Shown in pieces: positions 31,170-32,161 of a DNA stretch of 32,161 bases. Numbering within the stretch: position 1 is the stretch's first letter; every line of letters starts with the position of its first letter. This DNA is from Thermoanaerobaculia bacterium (lineage in GTDB: Bacteria > Acidobacteriota > Thermoanaerobaculia > UBA5066 > Gp7-AA6), in assembly GCA_050745345.1 (NCBI GenBank), contig JBOGJK010000257.1, positions 1 through 32,161 of the forward strand, given 5' to 3'. Below the pieces are notes generated by a model. That model worked only from the letters and a program-made list of their open reading frames with translations, did not search any database and was not told the DNA's origin. A program made the position numbers and the translations under genes.

Positions 31170-32029
31170 GCGCGCGGCCGCGCTGCTGGGGCGTGTATCG
31201 GGAGCTCGCCCACTCGCCGGGGCGCGAGACCGACGACGCCCTGATCCTGCGGGCGACGGCGGCAACACTCGAGTCCCGCGGGTTCGAAGTGGAGCTGAAG
31301 TCCCCCGACGAGCTGCCGGACTCGGCCGACGCCTCGGGCGTGCCTCCGTTTCTCTTCGTCATGTGCGAGCGGGTGCCGACGGTCGAGCGGCTCGCCGCCT
31401 GGGAGCGCGATGGGGTCCGCATCGTCAACCGCCCCGACGGGATCCGCAACACCGACCGGGAGAGGACGATCGAGCGCTTCGCGCGCCACGGCGTCGCGTT
31501 CCCGAAGAGTGTGCTCGTGCCGACGGCGTTGGCGGCGGGCACACCGGAGCCGGGCTTTCCCTGCTGGGTCAAGCGGGGCGACGTCCACGCCACCGAGGAG
31601 GGAGACGTGTCCTTCGCAGCCGGTCCGGCGGCGCGGGACGCGGCGCTCGCGCTTCTTTCTGCCCGCGGCATCGCCCGCGCCGTCGTGCAGGAGCACGTGC
31701 CGGGGGACCTGATCAAGTTCTACGGCGTGGCGGGGGAGCAGGCGGGGGAGCCGCTCTCCTGGTTCCAGTGGTTCTACCACCGCGACCAGAAGCTCTCGAA
31801 CCACCCCTTCGACGCGGTCGAGCTCCAGGCGCTCGTCGCGCGGGGCGCCTCGGCGCTCGGCCTCGAGGTCTTCGGGGGCGACGCGATCGCCGGGCCGGGC
31901 GGAGAGCTCGTGCTCATCGACCTGAACGCCTGGCCGAGCTTCGCGCTCTACCGGGACGCGGCCTCCGAAAAGATCGCCGCCTTTCTGGCGGCGTGCTTCG
32001 CGAAGAAGGAAGTGGGAGCCCCGAGATGA
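31166..32029 (+). CDS. ATP-grasp domain protein
   Basis: GTG overlaps the upstream stop. WVKRGDVHATEEGDV, VVQEHVPGDLIKFYGV and GGDAIAGPGGELVLIDLNAWPSF match the ATP-grasp central and C-terminal motifs. The substrate is unknown. Confidence 0.6.
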   Translation: MSARPRCWGVYRELAHSPGRETDDALILRATAATLESRGFEVELKSPDELPDSADASGVPPFLFVMCERVPTVERLAAWERDGVRIVNRPDGIRNTDRERTIERFARHGVAFPKSVLVPTALAAGTPEPGFPCWVKRGDVHATEEGDVSFAAGPAARDAALALLSARGIARAVVQEHVPGDLIKFYGVAGEQAGEPLSWFQWFYHRDQKLSNHPFDAVELQALVARGASALGLEVFGGDAIAGPGGELVLIDLNAWPSFALYRDAASEKIAAFLAACFAKKEVGAPR

Positions 32030-32161
32030 CCGAGACCGTCAAGCGAAACGAAGTGGGTCCGCGCTCGCGGCGCGTGGTCGAGAAGGAGCAACGCCACATG
32101 GCGCCGGGGCTCCAGTCCTTCGCGCTCTATTCGGGCCTCGCCATGGCGCGGGGCGTCGGCA
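32026..32161 (+). CDS. 5' end of an ORF running off the window (possibly a class-III aminotransferase-like protein)
   Basis: ATG at 32026 overlaps the upstream stop (ATGA), and the frame is open to the window end. Only 45 residues are visible (MTETVKRNEVGPRSRRVVEKEQRHMAPGLQSFALYSGLAMARGVG), so the family guess is weak. Confidence 0.3.
   Translation, partial: MTETVKRNEVGPRSRRVVEKEQRHMAPGLQSFALYSGLAMARGVG

Overview
Very GC-rich chromosomal segment from a diderm bacterium, almost entirely coding on the + strand, with many overlapping stop/start codons (ATGA, GTGA) indicating long operons. The lineage cannot be determined by eye.

Left edge: hopanoid and squalene genes (hpnA truncated by the window, hpnG, a squalene-synthase-type gene).

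Centre (about 3.1-24.6 kb): a dense cytochrome-based electron-transfer locus.
- A PAS histidine kinase and an NtrC-type sigma-54 activator.
- A candidate sigma-54 promoter in front of an operon for a Qrc/ACIII-like module: membrane pentaheme c, TAT-exported molybdopterin-family subunit, four-cluster FeS subunit and NrfD-type membrane subunit.
- That module is bracketed by two paralogous proteins, each made of four ~90-aa monoheme cytochrome c repeats, and followed by a c554-like tetraheme.
- A second, frameshifted copy of the squalene synthase gene.
- An mtrC-mtrA-mtrB-like porin-cytochrome conduit.
- Two tandem 95-aa mono-CxxCH proteins, an 11-heme cytochrome paired with a b-type cytochrome, and a NapC/NirT-like membrane hexaheme.

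By manual count there are 56 heme-attachment motifs (54 CxxCH and 2 CxxxCH) in 10 proteins.

Right edge: a ferritin-like diiron protein (the only minus-strand gene), dxs, ispH, and a cassette of flippase-like membrane protein, HAD hydrolase, nucleotidyltransferase, ATP-grasp protein and a partial ORF.

No rRNA, tRNA, CRISPR array, transposase or integrase was recognised. All functional calls rest on motifs read from the translations and on gene context. No database search was run.
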